Positions 1-12,109 of a stretch of 33,445 nucleotides of DNA are shown here, piece by piece (the first letter of the stretch is position 1; each line of letters opens with the position of its first letter). Made by a program: the position numbers and the translations under genes. The notes beneath the pieces are model-generated. The model ran no database searches, had not been told where the DNA came from, and saw nothing but the letters and a program-made list of their open reading frames with translations. Source of the DNA: Halocafeteria seosinensis (lineage: Eukaryota); assembly GCA_001687465.1 (NCBI GenBank), contig LVLI01000268.1, forward strand, positions 62,001 to 95,445, in the 5' to 3' direction.

Positions 1-72
1 AAATGCAACAAGAGGCCTAAAATTTCCACGGTAGTCGTCTTATTTCTATTAGCTTTATAATAACGACATCTT

Positions 73-2018
73 TTATTGCCTCTTGGATCTTTTCTGTTTC
101 TTGTCTTTCGACCGACCTGTTTCTCCTTCATATTCAAACTCTTCTGAGTTGTCTGGTTTCCTCTTTGGACGGCGAGAACGCGTTGCAGCCAATGTTTTCT
201 TCGAGTTTTGTGAGCCTTTTGCCGACTTTGAAGAACTTTGCTCTTCTTTGTCTGAGTCATCATCAGTATCGGAGGACTGCTGCTCAATAAACGCCTTCGC
301 GGCCTCAATATCTGGTTCATCTGGTAAGGGAACATTTGCCGCTTCAGCTGCCTTATGTAGCGTGTTCTCTGCTAAATCCTGGAATTCGTTGGCAAATGTT
401 TGATACTCTTCATCCTGCAATACCGTACTTTAACATTAGCCAACACTTGCTAAAGAAGTTGTGTACGATGCATCCTCACCTCGCTATTGAACTCTCGGCA
501 ATTCTCACACATCAGTACCACCAGATTTCGCAACATTGAGATATCTTGCAAGCGGCCATGCTGAAAAAAACAATAAAACAAAAGATGACAATTTAGGTGG
601 AACATGCAAAGCGTAGATCCACTTACCCTGATGTGTTTCTTGAGAGTACCCAAGTCGATAGGGTGCGTGATAACTTCAGAGTAGCCCGGAGCATCAGAAT
701 CCTTTACAGGCCGCTTGAAAATTTCGGCTACGTTATTCTTCAGGAGAGCATCCATAGCATCGATTAATAGATCCTTCATTGGATTACCTGTACTCTCTCC
801 AATACCCCTTGTACGCAGTTGAAATGTAGGGCCACTCCGTCTCCCTCTTCCGCGGGACCGCAAGGCGCTTGCACTTGAGGAATTTGCGGTAGCTGACGTG
901 TCCACCGATGAATTGTCTCCACCGTCGGACTCGTCGTCACTATCTTTGTTTCTGTTCTTCTTCTGGCGCTGTTCCCTTTTGCGCCTACTAGACGTCGTAT
1001 TTCGAGGGCTGTGGCTATGTGCCTTCTGACCCGTTGGTTTCGGAGTTCCTTCCCCCGTTTCTTCCTCATCTTTTGGTGACTGCTCTTCATTTGCACTTTG
1101 TCCTGTCGAGACTTCTTGCTTCGATCGTGAGCTCGCGCTAGACTTGGAAGAAGAAGGGCCTTTCCCAGACTTCCCAAACGTTTTCTTCTTACTTTCAGAA
1201 GTATCGATATGCAATTCGCTATTTGAAACACGAGTGGAAGCAGCAGTTTCTGCAGATTGTGTCGATCGCTGGGTATCTTTAGCAATATTCTTATTGGTGT
1301 CTTCAGTTTCAACGTCTTCCCCATTGTTCTCCTCCTTATCCTCTTCGTCGCCTTCTTCGGATCCGCTAGAGTAGGATGACTTATCTGACTCGTCATCCGC
1401 TGTGGGTTCGTCTTCTTTATTGGGTTCGGATTGCTTACCAGCTGTTGGCGTACTTTGCTGCTGTTGCTGTTCTATGCTCTCTTGGGCTGCTTGCTCATCA
1501 CTCTTGCTTGTATCTGCGGCTGGTTCTACGGTTTTGCGTCCAACGGGTTCGTCCTCTTGTTGTTCCATTTCTCTATCATCTCCATTAGCTGTTTCAGTTT
1601 CTTTATCTTTGCTGTTAGCTGTCTCAGTTGCTGAGGCTGCCGGTTGCTCTTCTTCCGGAGGAACGTCAGATTTTTTCGTCGTTTGGGTTTTCGCACCGCT
1701 TCCATTCTGATTGTGATCGGGTTCATTTTCTATCTGTGTTTCCGTGGCAACTTGTTCCGATGGCTCTTCATGCTTCGTCACAGTTGATTCACGTAATTGT
1801 GTGATGATGTCTTGAAGACCTGGTACATGGTTAAACAGATCGTTGAATCTATCAGGCCACGTTAGCTCCTCTTCCGAAGACGAGGATAAGTGGCTGCATT
1901 CGATGCCAAAGAAAGATTAGTCTGTGTCCTCATTTGCACCAGAACAGCACGTAAATACTTACTCCACCGCCTCTTCAGCAAGTCGTAGTAATCGCTGGGC
2001 TTCCTCAAATGTAGCCAT
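73..2018 (-). CDS. Bromodomain-containing protein with long acidic/Ser-rich disordered region; exons complement(1963..2018, 627..1893, 480..560, 73..414)
   Basis: The spliced product contains a bromodomain: LLIDAMDALLKNNVAEIFKRPVKDSDAPGYSEVITHPIDLGTLKKHIR|HGRLQDISMLRNLVVLMCENCREFNSE|DEEYQTFANEFQDLAE. It keeps F..PV, PGY, PIDL and the conserved Asn. Three GT-AG introns of 69, 66 and 65 nt keep the frame. The ATG at 2018 (MATFEEAQRLLRLAEEAVD) has an in-frame stop upstream. Confidence 0.85.
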
Positions 2019-2650
2019 TCCCAATTCGTAAAGCAGGCCAATCTTTGGAAAGCGCAATTGGATCCCTCAGTTACAACTTCTGAGACTCTAAAACTCAACA
2101 ATTAGACGGCCTTGAGCTCAAATTCGAACGATCATAGTGAATTCCTGGCCTGTCTAACGCTCTCCACACACTCAATTATACAATCGAATTTTTCGCCGAC
2201 GGCATTCTTGACCAAGTGAAGAAACGGAAGTGCGAGGAAGATAGGACACAATTGTGCGTTACAATGCACATACAAGCTCCTCTAATGTTTTTGGACGCCA
2301 TGGCCCATTGGGACCCTAACCGCACAATCTTTTCGTCATGTTTACGCAGGCCATAATGTTTCGCCCCCCCCACATCAGTTAGCCCACCATGATTTGAGTG
2401 CTTGATACTGCATGAAACGTATTTTTGTGAGAAAAATTTATCACGTTGGACTTGGCTCGGTCTCTGTCTGGAGACGAGAACGACGTCTAGATAAGAGGAA
2501 ACCATTCTCTTTTGGTATCTTCAGGGGCTTTTTTGAGGTCCATTAGCACCATATTAGGCGATCATAGGAGTATCGTGTGACTGAATTCGACGGAACTAGG
2601 CTAGAAAGCGAACATTGGTGCTTTGGAAATTGTCTGAATAGGGGTATATA

Positions 2651-5600
2651 ATGCATCAAGGGCATTCCCACGGCCAAGCTGCCGATGGCATGCAGGAAGT
2701 GGCGGATCCTGATAGCAAGGAAAAGATGGTCAAGGAGGACGATCCTGAAGGTATGTTCTGTTTTCTCTTGTCTATATTCGTGCGTAGGAACCTTGGTATA
2801 CGACAAGGATGTTGATGTGGATGATGGCGACGGGTAGCAAAAATGGCTCGGGACCAGCTCAAGGGGAGAGATGGGGGAGCAAAAAGGGTCGGGGGTCCTG
2901 TGCTCAGCACCTCGATGTGGAACTGGGAGTTGTTTTGGGTATCGTTAAGTACACTGATACCTTTAATGTCTTCTACAACGCAGACTTTTCACCATATGCC
3001 TTAGTGGACAAGGCGACAATCCTCCAGGAGGCCAGAGTCTTTAATGACTCAAATCATGTTCGCTTGCACCCGAAACGTTGTTGCCAGCAATTAACGAAAC
3101 TTCTTTATTTGTTGGCCCATGGAGAAACTTTCTCTGGTCATGAAGCGTCCAATGTATTCTTTGGAGTTACGAAGCTTTTCCAGAGCGATGACGTATGTGT
3201 TATATCTCGGACCATTTCTGCTAGGATTGGTCGTAACCATTAATTCCGAACATTACAGGGAAATTTGCGGCGTCTTATATACCTATTCCTGAAGGAAGTA
3301 GTAGAATCTACTGATTCCACCGAGGTACGAACTGCTCTATTGATGTCTACATAAGCAGCGAGCATATAACGGGATATGCGTGTGCAGGTAATCATTGTGG
3401 TTCAATCCCTCTGTAAGGATATGAACAGTGACGTTAACCTTTATCGTGCTAACGCTATCCGGGTCTTAGCCAAGATTGTGGATGTAAGTATCTTGCTGGG
3501 TTTAGGTATTGCGTTTCTGCTTCCATGACACTTTTTTGATGTGATATACTTGGTCGCAGTCTTCTACTTTGGTATCCATTGAGCGTTATCTTCAACAGTC
3601 GCTTGTGGATAAGGATGAATTGGTGTCTAGCTCAGCACTGGTGTCAGCCCTTCACTTGCTAAAAGTCAACCCAGATGTGGTGCGTGGTTGGGTCAAGGAA
3701 GCTCAAACTGCCCTGGAAAACAAGTCCTCAATGGGACAGTTCCATGCCTTAGCGCTGCTTCACGGAATAAAGAAGAACGACGTTTTAGCTATATCCCGAC
3801 TATTGACGCAAATAATGAATTCAACCTCCACCAAGTCCAATCTCGCTGTGTGTATGGCTATTCGATATTCTTTGGAGTTAATTCAGCGAGATCCGGAGGC
3901 GATTCCTGCTAAAGAACTTTATGGTTTTCTGGAGAGTTGTTTGCACCATCAGTCTGAAATGGTTATATATGAAGCCGCCAGAGCAATTTGTGAGCTACCT
4001 GATACGGAGAAGAGGGATATTGCGCCGGCAGTGACGGTTTTGCACATGTTCTTAGCGAGTTCGAAGAGTGTCCGACGATTTGCTGCCGTTAAGACGCTTT
4101 CTAACGTTGCCCAACGGTATCCGCTCTTGGTAGCTAAATGCAATGAAGACTTGGAATCGTTGCTACATGACAGTAACAGGACGATTGCAACCCTTGCAAT
4201 CACCACACTTTTAAAGACTGGTGCTGAGCAAAATGTAGACAGATTTATGCGCCAAATAAATAAGTTCATGGCAGACATTGGGGATGAATTTAAGATTGTA
4301 GTGGTCCGAGCTGTGCATGATCTGGCATTGAGACTACCGAACAAGTACGCGACTGTATTAAATTTCCTATCTGAAATCTTGCGTGACGAAGGTGGCATCG
4401 AATTGAAGAAAACTGTCGTTGACATTATTACCGATATTATTGAAAAGAACGAAGATGCTACAAATCCGGGATTGTATCACTTCTGTGAGTACATCGAAGA
4501 TTGTGAATACACCGCTCTGGCGACTCGAATCTTGCATCTGTTGGGTGACAAAGCTTCTCGGCAACCGAAGCCAGAAGGATTCATCCGGTATATCTATAAC
4601 CGGATTATTTTAGAAAATGCGGTGATTAGAGCCGCCGCTGTTTCTGCGTTGGCGAAGTTTGCGGCGCGTGTCCCTTCGCTAAGGCACAGCATCACTGTGT
4701 TACTTCGCCGGTGCCAAAACGATGATAATGATGAAGTTCGAGATCGAGCCACCTTGTATCTTACGCTTCTCGAAGAAGAAGAATCGGGTGTTGGTGACCA
4801 GAATGCGCTGGAGGCTGCTACAAAAAGCATTACTGCAGGCACTCTTCCTATGAGCGTAGAAGCACTGCAGAAGAGCCTACGGATGTATGCTCTCCGTCCC
4901 GCAAAGGGCCCATTGACGTTTGATGCTTTACCTCGTGTTGAAGAACCTGCTCAAGAACAACACAGCTATGATACTGAAGCTAAAGCTGTTGAAAAGCAGA
5001 AACGCGAGGCTGCCTCTGCAAAGTCAGCGTCTCAGGGAGCAGGATACGGAAACAGCGAGAAAGCGAGTGCTGCGCAAACTAGCAGCGAAGCTGCAGAAGA
5101 ATTGTTCAAAATCCCCGAGTTTGCCAACCTGGGTCCACTTGTCAAGAGCACAAGCATAGTTCCTTTGACAGAAAGTGAACTCGAGTACCTCGTACACGTC
5201 AGGAAACATATATTTCAAGAGCATGTTGTTTTTGATTTCCGTGTTGAAAACACAATGGGAGAGGTACAGCTACGAAACGTCCGCGTTGACCTTGATGCTA
5301 ATGATGAGGAAACAGCTGAAGCTTGGGAAGTGACTAACGTCATTGCTGCCAGCGAAGTGAAGAAAGGAGAGCCTCAACACACATACGTGTGCGTGCAGCA
5401 CAACGAGGCGGCAGGCTATCCTAGTGCGTCATGGGATGCGCGTATGTATTTCTTGACAGTCGAAGTTGATGAATCCGGTGCAGCGTTTGACGATGCTGGT
5501 ATTGAGGAAGATTTTGAACTCGAACAGGTTACTTTAGCGCTCAAAGATTTCATGGTTCCTCGTCCTATTACGGGATTTAAGACATCATGGGAACAGTTTG

Positions 5601-5887
5601 GCAAGGATGTGGAAGTCCGTGATGACTTCGAAATTCCGTTCAAATCAGTTGAGGAGGCTTACCAAAAAACACAGGAGTTATTAGGGATGTCGGTCTGCGA
5701 AGATAGCAAAGCCATTGATAAGAATGGTCGTCTCAATGCGCTACTCGCCGGTGTTTTCATGGAGGGAATGCAGGTGTTAGTGAAGATGCAAATTTTGATC
5801 GATAGCCAAGATCGCTGTATCCTGCGCTTTGCAGCTCGGTCTCCCGATAAGAACTTGTCTCAGCTTGTTCTCGATGTAGTACAATAG
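2651..5887 (+). CDS. COPG: Coatomer subunit gamma (gamma-COP); exons 2651..2750, 2984..3192, 3259..3324, 3388..3483, 3560..5887
   Basis: Hallmark segments are ILQEARVFND, FFGVTKLFQS, KDMNSDVNLYRANAIRVL, EMVIYEAARAIC, HFCEYIEDCEY, RYIYNRIILEN and the appendage motif LTESELEYLVHVRKHIF. Four GT-AG introns (233, 66, 63, 76 nt) restore the frame. The exact start codon (2651, 2690 or 2726) is uncertain. Confidence 0.97.
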
Positions 5888-6347
5888 GGCATGCACGAAT
5901 AGTAAAGCATTGGCTACTTGGGACCAGATTATGTAACATTCTTATTGATACTCGTTGCGGTATTGCATTAGTCTCCACACTTCTTTCACCGCGTAGGCAA
6001 TAAGTTTCGCCCACGCATTATCTACTCATCGCCCAAGACGTGCCATGCAACAGCAGCAATTGGCTCTTGTAGATACTCCCTTTCTTCCTATTGAGGCATA
6101 CATCACTGCCCTGAGGCTGAATGTGCAAATGTATGCTATGCCGCCTTGCGTTGCCAAGTGCACTGTGCAAGTTGCCATATTCTTGAAGAGTACAACTTCA
6201 ACTTGCCGGGACCGTGCTTATACCTTCATTTGAAGGTGACACAGACCGAGATATTATTGCGTTGAAGTCCATGATATCAATGTTTATTATATCATCTGTA
6301 TACCTACGCAAAAATTGGGGTAGAAAAAAGGCAGAAAGGGTTCAAAA

Positions 6348-8438
6348 ATGGCGGCAGCGTCAGCAGCTTACCCCCAGCAACACTATGCTCAACAGAATGA
6401 AAATGGCTCTTCCTCTGAAACAAGGGGACGCCTTACTCGAAATGAAGATGCAAATGGTTCTTCATCGAATCTAGATGACATAATTGCTGCTGAAGAAGAG
6501 GAAGAGGACTTGACCAGCAAGTATGTGCCGCGCAAACGGCGCCGTGAACAGGAGGAGCAGGAGAGACAAAAGATGCTTGAGCGCATTCGGGAGAAAATAC
6601 ACAAGACGTACGGCGAAGATGAAGACGAGGAGGACGACGAAGAGGCCCAGCAGCAAGAGCAGAACGGTGGAGAACAGGAAGGAAGGGACGAAGGGGAGCA
6701 GAACGGCAGCGCAGAAGCAGACCATCCTATCACGGCAAACGCAGATCAACAAAAGACAGAGAAACAAATGGAGATGCTCCGAAAAGGTCCTGAGAAAGAG
6801 TTTGACTATGATCGAACCGGAGCTTCACTGTTGGACCGGGCCAAGCAAGCAATGCGCGAAGGGAAGGGGCTGACCGAAGAACAGAAACAGCAGCGAGAAG
6901 AAGAGGAGCTTATTAAACAGGCGATGGCCATGCAAAAGCAGTCATTGTTGAGCGCCAAGGAGCATGCAAAAGGAGTCACTTACTCAGAACCGATGAAAAC
7001 GGATTGGAAGCCACCTCATTATCTATCCAACGAAGTAGTTTCCAAGGAGGAAGCCCAGAGACTGCGAAACAAATATCATATCATTACAGAGGGACAAGAC
7101 ATCGTTGCTCCCATTAAATCGTTCCGGGAAATGAAGTTTCCGGAGCCAATCATCAAAGCATTAGAAGACAAGAACATATTCCGTCCCACACCCATACAAG
7201 TGCAAGGCTTACCAGTGGCCTTGACAGGGCGTGATATGGTGGGGGTTGCATTTACTGGTAGTGGAAAGACTGTAGTGTTTGTTCTGCCTATGATCATGTG
7301 GGCACTGCAAGAAGAGCTAAAGATGCCTCTGGTAGCGAATGAAGGACCGGTTGGTATTGTTGTCTGCCCCTCCCGCGAGTTGGCTCGACAAACTTACGAT
7401 AACGTAAAACATTTCTCCAACTACTTGTACGAAGCTGGTTATCCTGAGTTGCGGACGATGCTCTGTATTGGTGGAGAGGATATGCGAAGCCAAATGGAGC
7501 CTGTACAGAAAGGAGTGCACATGATTGTTGCCACTCCCGGTAGGCTGAATGATCACTTGAATAAGCGGCGGATTACCCTCGATTTATGCAAGTACATCGC
7601 TTTGGACGAAGCTGACCGGATGTTGGATATGGGCTTTGACGACGACGTCCAAAATATGTTTTCGTTCTTTAACCGTCAGCGGCAGACACTGTTGTTCAGC
7701 GCTACAATGCCTGAAAAGGTTCAAAAATTTGCCAGAGAAGCACTTGTCCAACCAATTGTGGTGAATGTTGGCCGAGCCGGTGCCGCTAACCTTGATGTGA
7801 TACAAGAAGTTGAGTATGTGAAAGAGGACATGAAAATCTTATATATATTAGAATGCCTTCAGAAAACAGCCCCACCTGTAATTATATTCGCTGAAAACAA
7901 ATCGGATGTAGATGCAATCAATGAGTATCTGCTTCTAAAAGGCGTAAATGCTGTGAGTATTCATGGAGGGAAGAGTCAAGAAGAAAGAAACGAAGCCATT
8001 AGGGGATTCAAGGAAGGTCGACATGACGTGTTGATTGCGACTGACATCGCTGCGAAGGGTCTGGACTTTCCTGATACTCAGCATGTCATTAATTATGATA
8101 TGCCAAAGGAGATCGAAAACTACGTTCATCGCATTGGTAGGACTGGTCGCTGCGGTAAGACTGGTGTGGCAACTACGTTTATTAACCGCTCTGTAGAAGA
8201 ACGATTATTGCTGGACTTGAAGCATTTGCTCTTGGAAGCTAAACAACGAGTTCCTCCTGTGCTTATGGCCTTGGATGATCCTCGGGAACGGGAAGACAGC
8301 TATTGGAAAAACAAAGAGTGCCCTATTTGCAGTGGTCTCGGACACAGCCCAAAGAATTGTCCGAAAGTGGAACAACAACGGAGGCAATTGCAAGGGCAAA
8401 GAAAGGAGTACATCAAAGAAGGAGACTTGGGGTACTAA
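6348..8438 (+). CDS. DDX41: DEAD-box RNA helicase DDX41/abstrakt, intronless
   Basis: Contains Q motif PTPIQVQGLP, motif I AFTGSGKT, PSRELA, TPGRL, DEAD, SAT, VNVGRAGAANLDVIQEVEYVK, KGLDFP and HRIGRTGRCGKTG, plus the C-terminal zinc knuckle CPICSGLGHSPKNC typical of abstrakt. Confidence 0.97.
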   Translation: MAAASAAYPQQHYAQQNENGSSSETRGRLTRNEDANGSSSNLDDIIAAEEEEEDLTSKYVPRKRRREQEEQERQKMLERIREKIHKTYGEDEDEEDDEEAQQQEQNGGEQEGRDEGEQNGSAEADHPITANADQQKTEKQMEMLRKGPEKEFDYDRTGASLLDRAKQAMREGKGLTEEQKQQREEEELIKQAMAMQKQSLLSAKEHAKGVTYSEPMKTDWKPPHYLSNEVVSKEEAQRLRNKYHIITEGQDIVAPIKSFREMKFPEPIIKALEDKNIFRPTPIQVQGLPVALTGRDMVGVAFTGSGKTVVFVLPMIMWALQEELKMPLVANEGPVGIVVCPSRELARQTYDNVKHFSNYLYEAGYPELRTMLCIGGEDMRSQMEPVQKGVHMIVATPGRLNDHLNKRRITLDLCKYIALDEADRMLDMGFDDDVQNMFSFFNRQRQTLLFSATMPEKVQKFAREALVQPIVVNVGRAGAANLDVIQEVEYVKEDMKILYILECLQKTAPPVIIFAENKSDVDAINEYLLLKGVNAVSIHGGKSQEERNEAIRGFKEGRHDVLIATDIAAKGLDFPDTQHVINYDMPKEIENYVHRIGRTGRCGKTGVATTFINRSVEERLLLDLKHLLLEAKQRVPPVLMALDDPREREDSYWKNKECPICSGLGHSPKNCPKVEQQRRQLQGQRKEYIKEGDLGY

Positions 8439-8541
8439 AAATAAACAAACCTATACCTCGCATTCCATTTTTCTTCTGAGTATCCTTTATTGTTGACATT
8501 AGTTTTACTGCTGAGTTTTTATGCATCCATGCAGCGGGCCT

Positions 8542-9281
8542 TTACGCATATAGCGCCCAAAGCAGAATCCCCGTGAAGACGATACAGAAGGGCAAGTACG
8601 TCATTATGGTTCTTGAGAAAGACACATGTTTTCCTGCTAAAGTTAGCCAGAGTGCCAAATATATCATATTCCAGTCTTGACGCCCATTATAGGCGATGGA
8701 ATTCAAAATGCAGGCCACGTGAGAATGACAATTATCGCAGCTGATACACACAAGCAGTTCAGTTTCCATTCAATGCAGCACAAGTGTTCCTCCAGTTCAC
8801 AATTGAACTTACCATAAATTATGCATTCTGCGGGAGTAGACTTGGTTCCCGATATCAACGGCTCTATTCCAGTTCTGCTCAGTTGAAGTAGCGCCGTCCG
8901 TGGGGTTCTCCAGGACGCTTTTCTTGGCTTTTCTCGGGTCCAATTGCACATACCTCACCGGCCGTCCGAAAGCTGTAGGCCGAATAAATGATGCTCAGTT
9001 GGGACTCTCTGCAGCATGGGAAGGCGCGAGTACGTACCCATATCATCTTGTCCAATGGTGTAAGGCCCCGCAAAATCGTAGATGATGCCTTTAGAATCTG
9101 CAATTCCCATGTGTCCCACGACTGGAAAGAGCCAAGTCAGGCACGGGATGGCCGTCCACACGATGCAGAACGGGAAGCGGTCCCGGTTCACGTCGATAAA
9201 AGTCGTCATTTCGGAGGTGTGGTTCTGCTTCTCCTGCACATACGAATCGCCACTTTGATGCTCGATATCGCTCTGATTCAT
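8542..9281 (-). CDS. TMEM222: TMEM222 / RTE1-like (DUF778) membrane protein; exons complement(9038..9281, 8813..8972, 8542..8740)
   Basis: The spliced product reads RFPFCIVWTAIPCLTWLFPVVGHMGIADSKGIIYDFAGPY...DDM|AFGRPVRY...RMHNLC|CDNCHSHVA. Introns are 65 and 72 nt, GT-AG. Confidence 0.93.
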
Positions 9282-9617
9282 TGGGGATACCACTTAAGAC
9301 AGAACTCGTACAAACGGTAATACAAGAATAGATAGGAGTCTATTAATTGTTGTTGTTGTTGCCGCAATACCAACCCTCGTGAGCAACTGCAACTGACAGT
9401 GTACATGGTCTGATTCAATCAGGACGCAACTTGGTGGCCATTGTCTGGGGACTGGCATTGTTAATTGTTGTTGCTCTTCTTCAATCTTTCAGATTTTCAC
9501 CTTCTGTTATTTACACTCGCAAATTCTTGGCTTCTTACACACAGGTAGAGAGGACGAGTGGAACTCGGGCCTCGAGGCCCTCGACATGAAACATAACTAT
9601 AACCAACCCAGTTTCAA

Positions 9618-12109
9618 TCACACTATTGTTGAGCCCTCAGCAGAGTTGGTATCATACAAGGATCGCATCGCGGAAGCGAGCTTACTCTCATCACTATCCA
9701 AGGGGAGCACAGTGAATTTCTCGAAGAGAGTAAGGTCTTTCCAGAAATTGTTAGGCAACCCTTGAGGCTTGTTCCTGTAACTATCCGATCTCGAATGCGC
9801 GTGTCGCACAAAGTCAGACGGATTCGTAGACTCATCTATTACAGGGAAGGGAAAGCCTGAACGTTCTGAACTACCATAGGGAGTGAGACGAGAGCTTTTC
9901 CGAGGTGGCCCTTCCTCACGATATCCAGAACGTGCGCTCCGATGGTGAGGAACGTCTTGTTGGCGCCTTTCATGTTTACGCATTCCTTCAGCCTCCTGCT
10001 GAGCTCTAAAGATAGCAGGATCATGAATATGAAGCATTCTAGCAACTTCTTCATGCCCCACATGTCGGCCAAAGATGGGAAGTTCATCAGAACGCCCTAG
10101 CTCTACAAGTTTTCGAACACGACGGCTGAGTGCTCCAGGCTTCACCAAGTTAAGCTTCTGCAAGAAGCAAACATCGATATCAGTCAAGGGCAGATGTAAA
10201 GAGCAACAATTTAACACATTAAAACTTACAAAGCAAGGACCACAAACATGGGTAATATTATAGCAAATCCATTCCGGGCTATCGTGCGGTCCGCAAGCGC
10301 GGATGATATTGACAATAGACACGTCATCAGAAAATTCAAAGATTTCCGGATGAATTTTTGGTGTCTCCCGACCGTTCTTCTTTGCTTCTTCTAAGAGTTC
10401 TTCGTTTCGTTTTTTCGTAGCATTTAGGTTCCGTTCGATAGCGTTCAGGTTTTCCTGTTTGAGATCTTCGTCTGATAGTGGGAAACTCAAGCGAACTGTG
10501 GAAACAAGTGCTTGAGCTTGGTCTTCTTTGCTTAATCTAGAAAACTGCGTATCGGTTGTAACCCATCCAAGCTGGGGACGAGTGTATCTCACTCGGTAAT
10601 AGTCCACCTTCACATTCAATCCGACTAGTGCTCCATTTGGTTGAGTCTCTACGTCAATGTGGCCAAAGTCCTCTGTCCAAATACGTCGTGTCGGTAATCC
10701 TCTAGTGGATTCTATCAGAGGGTATTCTAGTTTAGACTGATCGCACTCCTCAAACTTGAGGTTAGAAGACAGCAAAAGTCTTCGATATTTTATTTGTTCC
10801 CCTGTGGCTTCAAGACGAATCCTCACTTCTGGCGGCGAAAGGCAACCAGTCGAGTACTTTGGCACACCACACTCCACGCATTCATCACATAACCAATCCG
10901 CTTGAGGGACTACCATTCCGCAACCACCAAGACAAAGCTGATGAAAAGGTTTGCCACAGCCTCTTCTGTCAGAACCACAGAATACAATATTATTACTGCC
11001 GTCCTCCGCAATACCACCGGATCCACACGAAACGCAGTAATCGTTCTCGTCTCCATCACACCGTTGTTTTATGACTCTGTGTTGATAGTGGCGCTCCCAC
11101 CGCTCTTTCATCCTCTTTGAGATTACATAAGCTGCAATGCTAGGAAACAACCCTTGGGGGCTTGTCAATTTAACACACCAAGCTGATCTAACATACCATA
11201 CTGTCTAACAGGTGCGTTTGGGTCGGAAGTATATAGATGACAATTTACCCAAACTTGGTTCCACGCGTGTAAGAAATCCCGGACAGTGCGTAGATACAGC
11301 CGACCTCCACGTCCATTGGTATATCCTATACTTTGAGGAGGGTTGGGACGGGGTGGATGCATATCTAAACCGTTGCTCTGCAAGTGGTCAAGCTCACGAT
11401 CCAGGTCATCAAAGCAGACTGGCCGCTTTACATAGCTCGGGTAATCGTCGAAGTCCTGAAGCATTGGCAGCGAGCAAGCGTGAATCAATGCTTGTTCTAT
11501 TGCTTTGTGCTACTGCCCACTTACGGATGTATTTACAGGCATATCGAAGAACTCCCAACCTTGCAAGCGCCGCGCTTCGTTGATGAATCTGCAAAGCCAG
11601 TTTCCACTAAAGCCCGCATCACATGGGTAACTCATTCGTACACCACGTACTTCTGCAGGAACTTCCGAACGGCCGGACGAGAAAGAAAGCACATGCGGTT
11701 ATCCTCTGTGTCTGCTTCGATCAAAGATTCTGGCCAGTCGTCCCAGTCTTCTCGCAAGCCTACAACACTCGTTCGCTGTTCATGCTCCGTCAAATAGGGC
11801 ACTCTTGAGTTCTGGTACTTTTCTAAGCTTTCAGGGTACGCAGTAAGATTCATATTGCCTGAGTAGGAACCACCCGTGTTAATGAGGCGACAAAATCAGG
11901 CAGGTTGGAGTGAGTCACCTACCTCCTGAAGGATGATGCTCAGGCGACACGGGAGCATTGGGCTCATCTCCCCCTTCTACGTCACTTCCATCGCTTCTAG
12001 GCCCAATATTTAGTCTAACTGTGAATTTTTCATCTCCCGAGTTGGAAGATGGTGGAGGTCCCGAAGTGAGTTGGGTCCACGAGGTGATGCTTGAGTTGTG
12101 TTCCTCCAT
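9618..12109 (-). CDS. Bromodomain + PHD finger chromatin-reader protein; exons complement(11923..12109, 11651..11858, 11525..11588, 11197..11455, 10230..11131, 9618..10157)
   Basis: Five GT-AG introns (64, 62, 69, 65, 72 nt) join separate ORF pieces in frame. Bromodomain-like segment: GWEFFDMPVNTS|DFDDYPSYVKRPVCFDDL...DFLHAWNQVWVNCHLYT. C4HC3 PHD at about 10878..11036: CVSC...IVFCGSDRRGCGKPFHQLC...WLCDEC. The last intron is in frame and less certain. Confidence 0.8.

Noticed and set aside
776..1710. Multiple overlapping alternative-frame and antisense ORFs, likewise inside COPG, DDX41, GYF and the 1023-aa gene
   Set aside because: They are shadows of low-complexity or codon-biased real CDSs.
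2056..2320. Recurrent TGGATCCC/GGACCC as a promoter motif (also ~12628, 14762, 21522)
   Set aside because: It is short, degenerate and at inconsistent distances from start codons.
2821..2957. C/D snoRNA in gamma-COP intron 1 (ATGATGG...CTGA)
   Set aside because: The C box is imperfect, there is no terminal stem, and the CTGA fits better as the branch point.
6150..6240. Cluster of short hairpins between COPG and DDX41 (e.g. ACCTTCA-TT-TGAAGGT)
   Set aside because: Stems of 5-8 bp are compatible with chance, and I recognise no RNA family.
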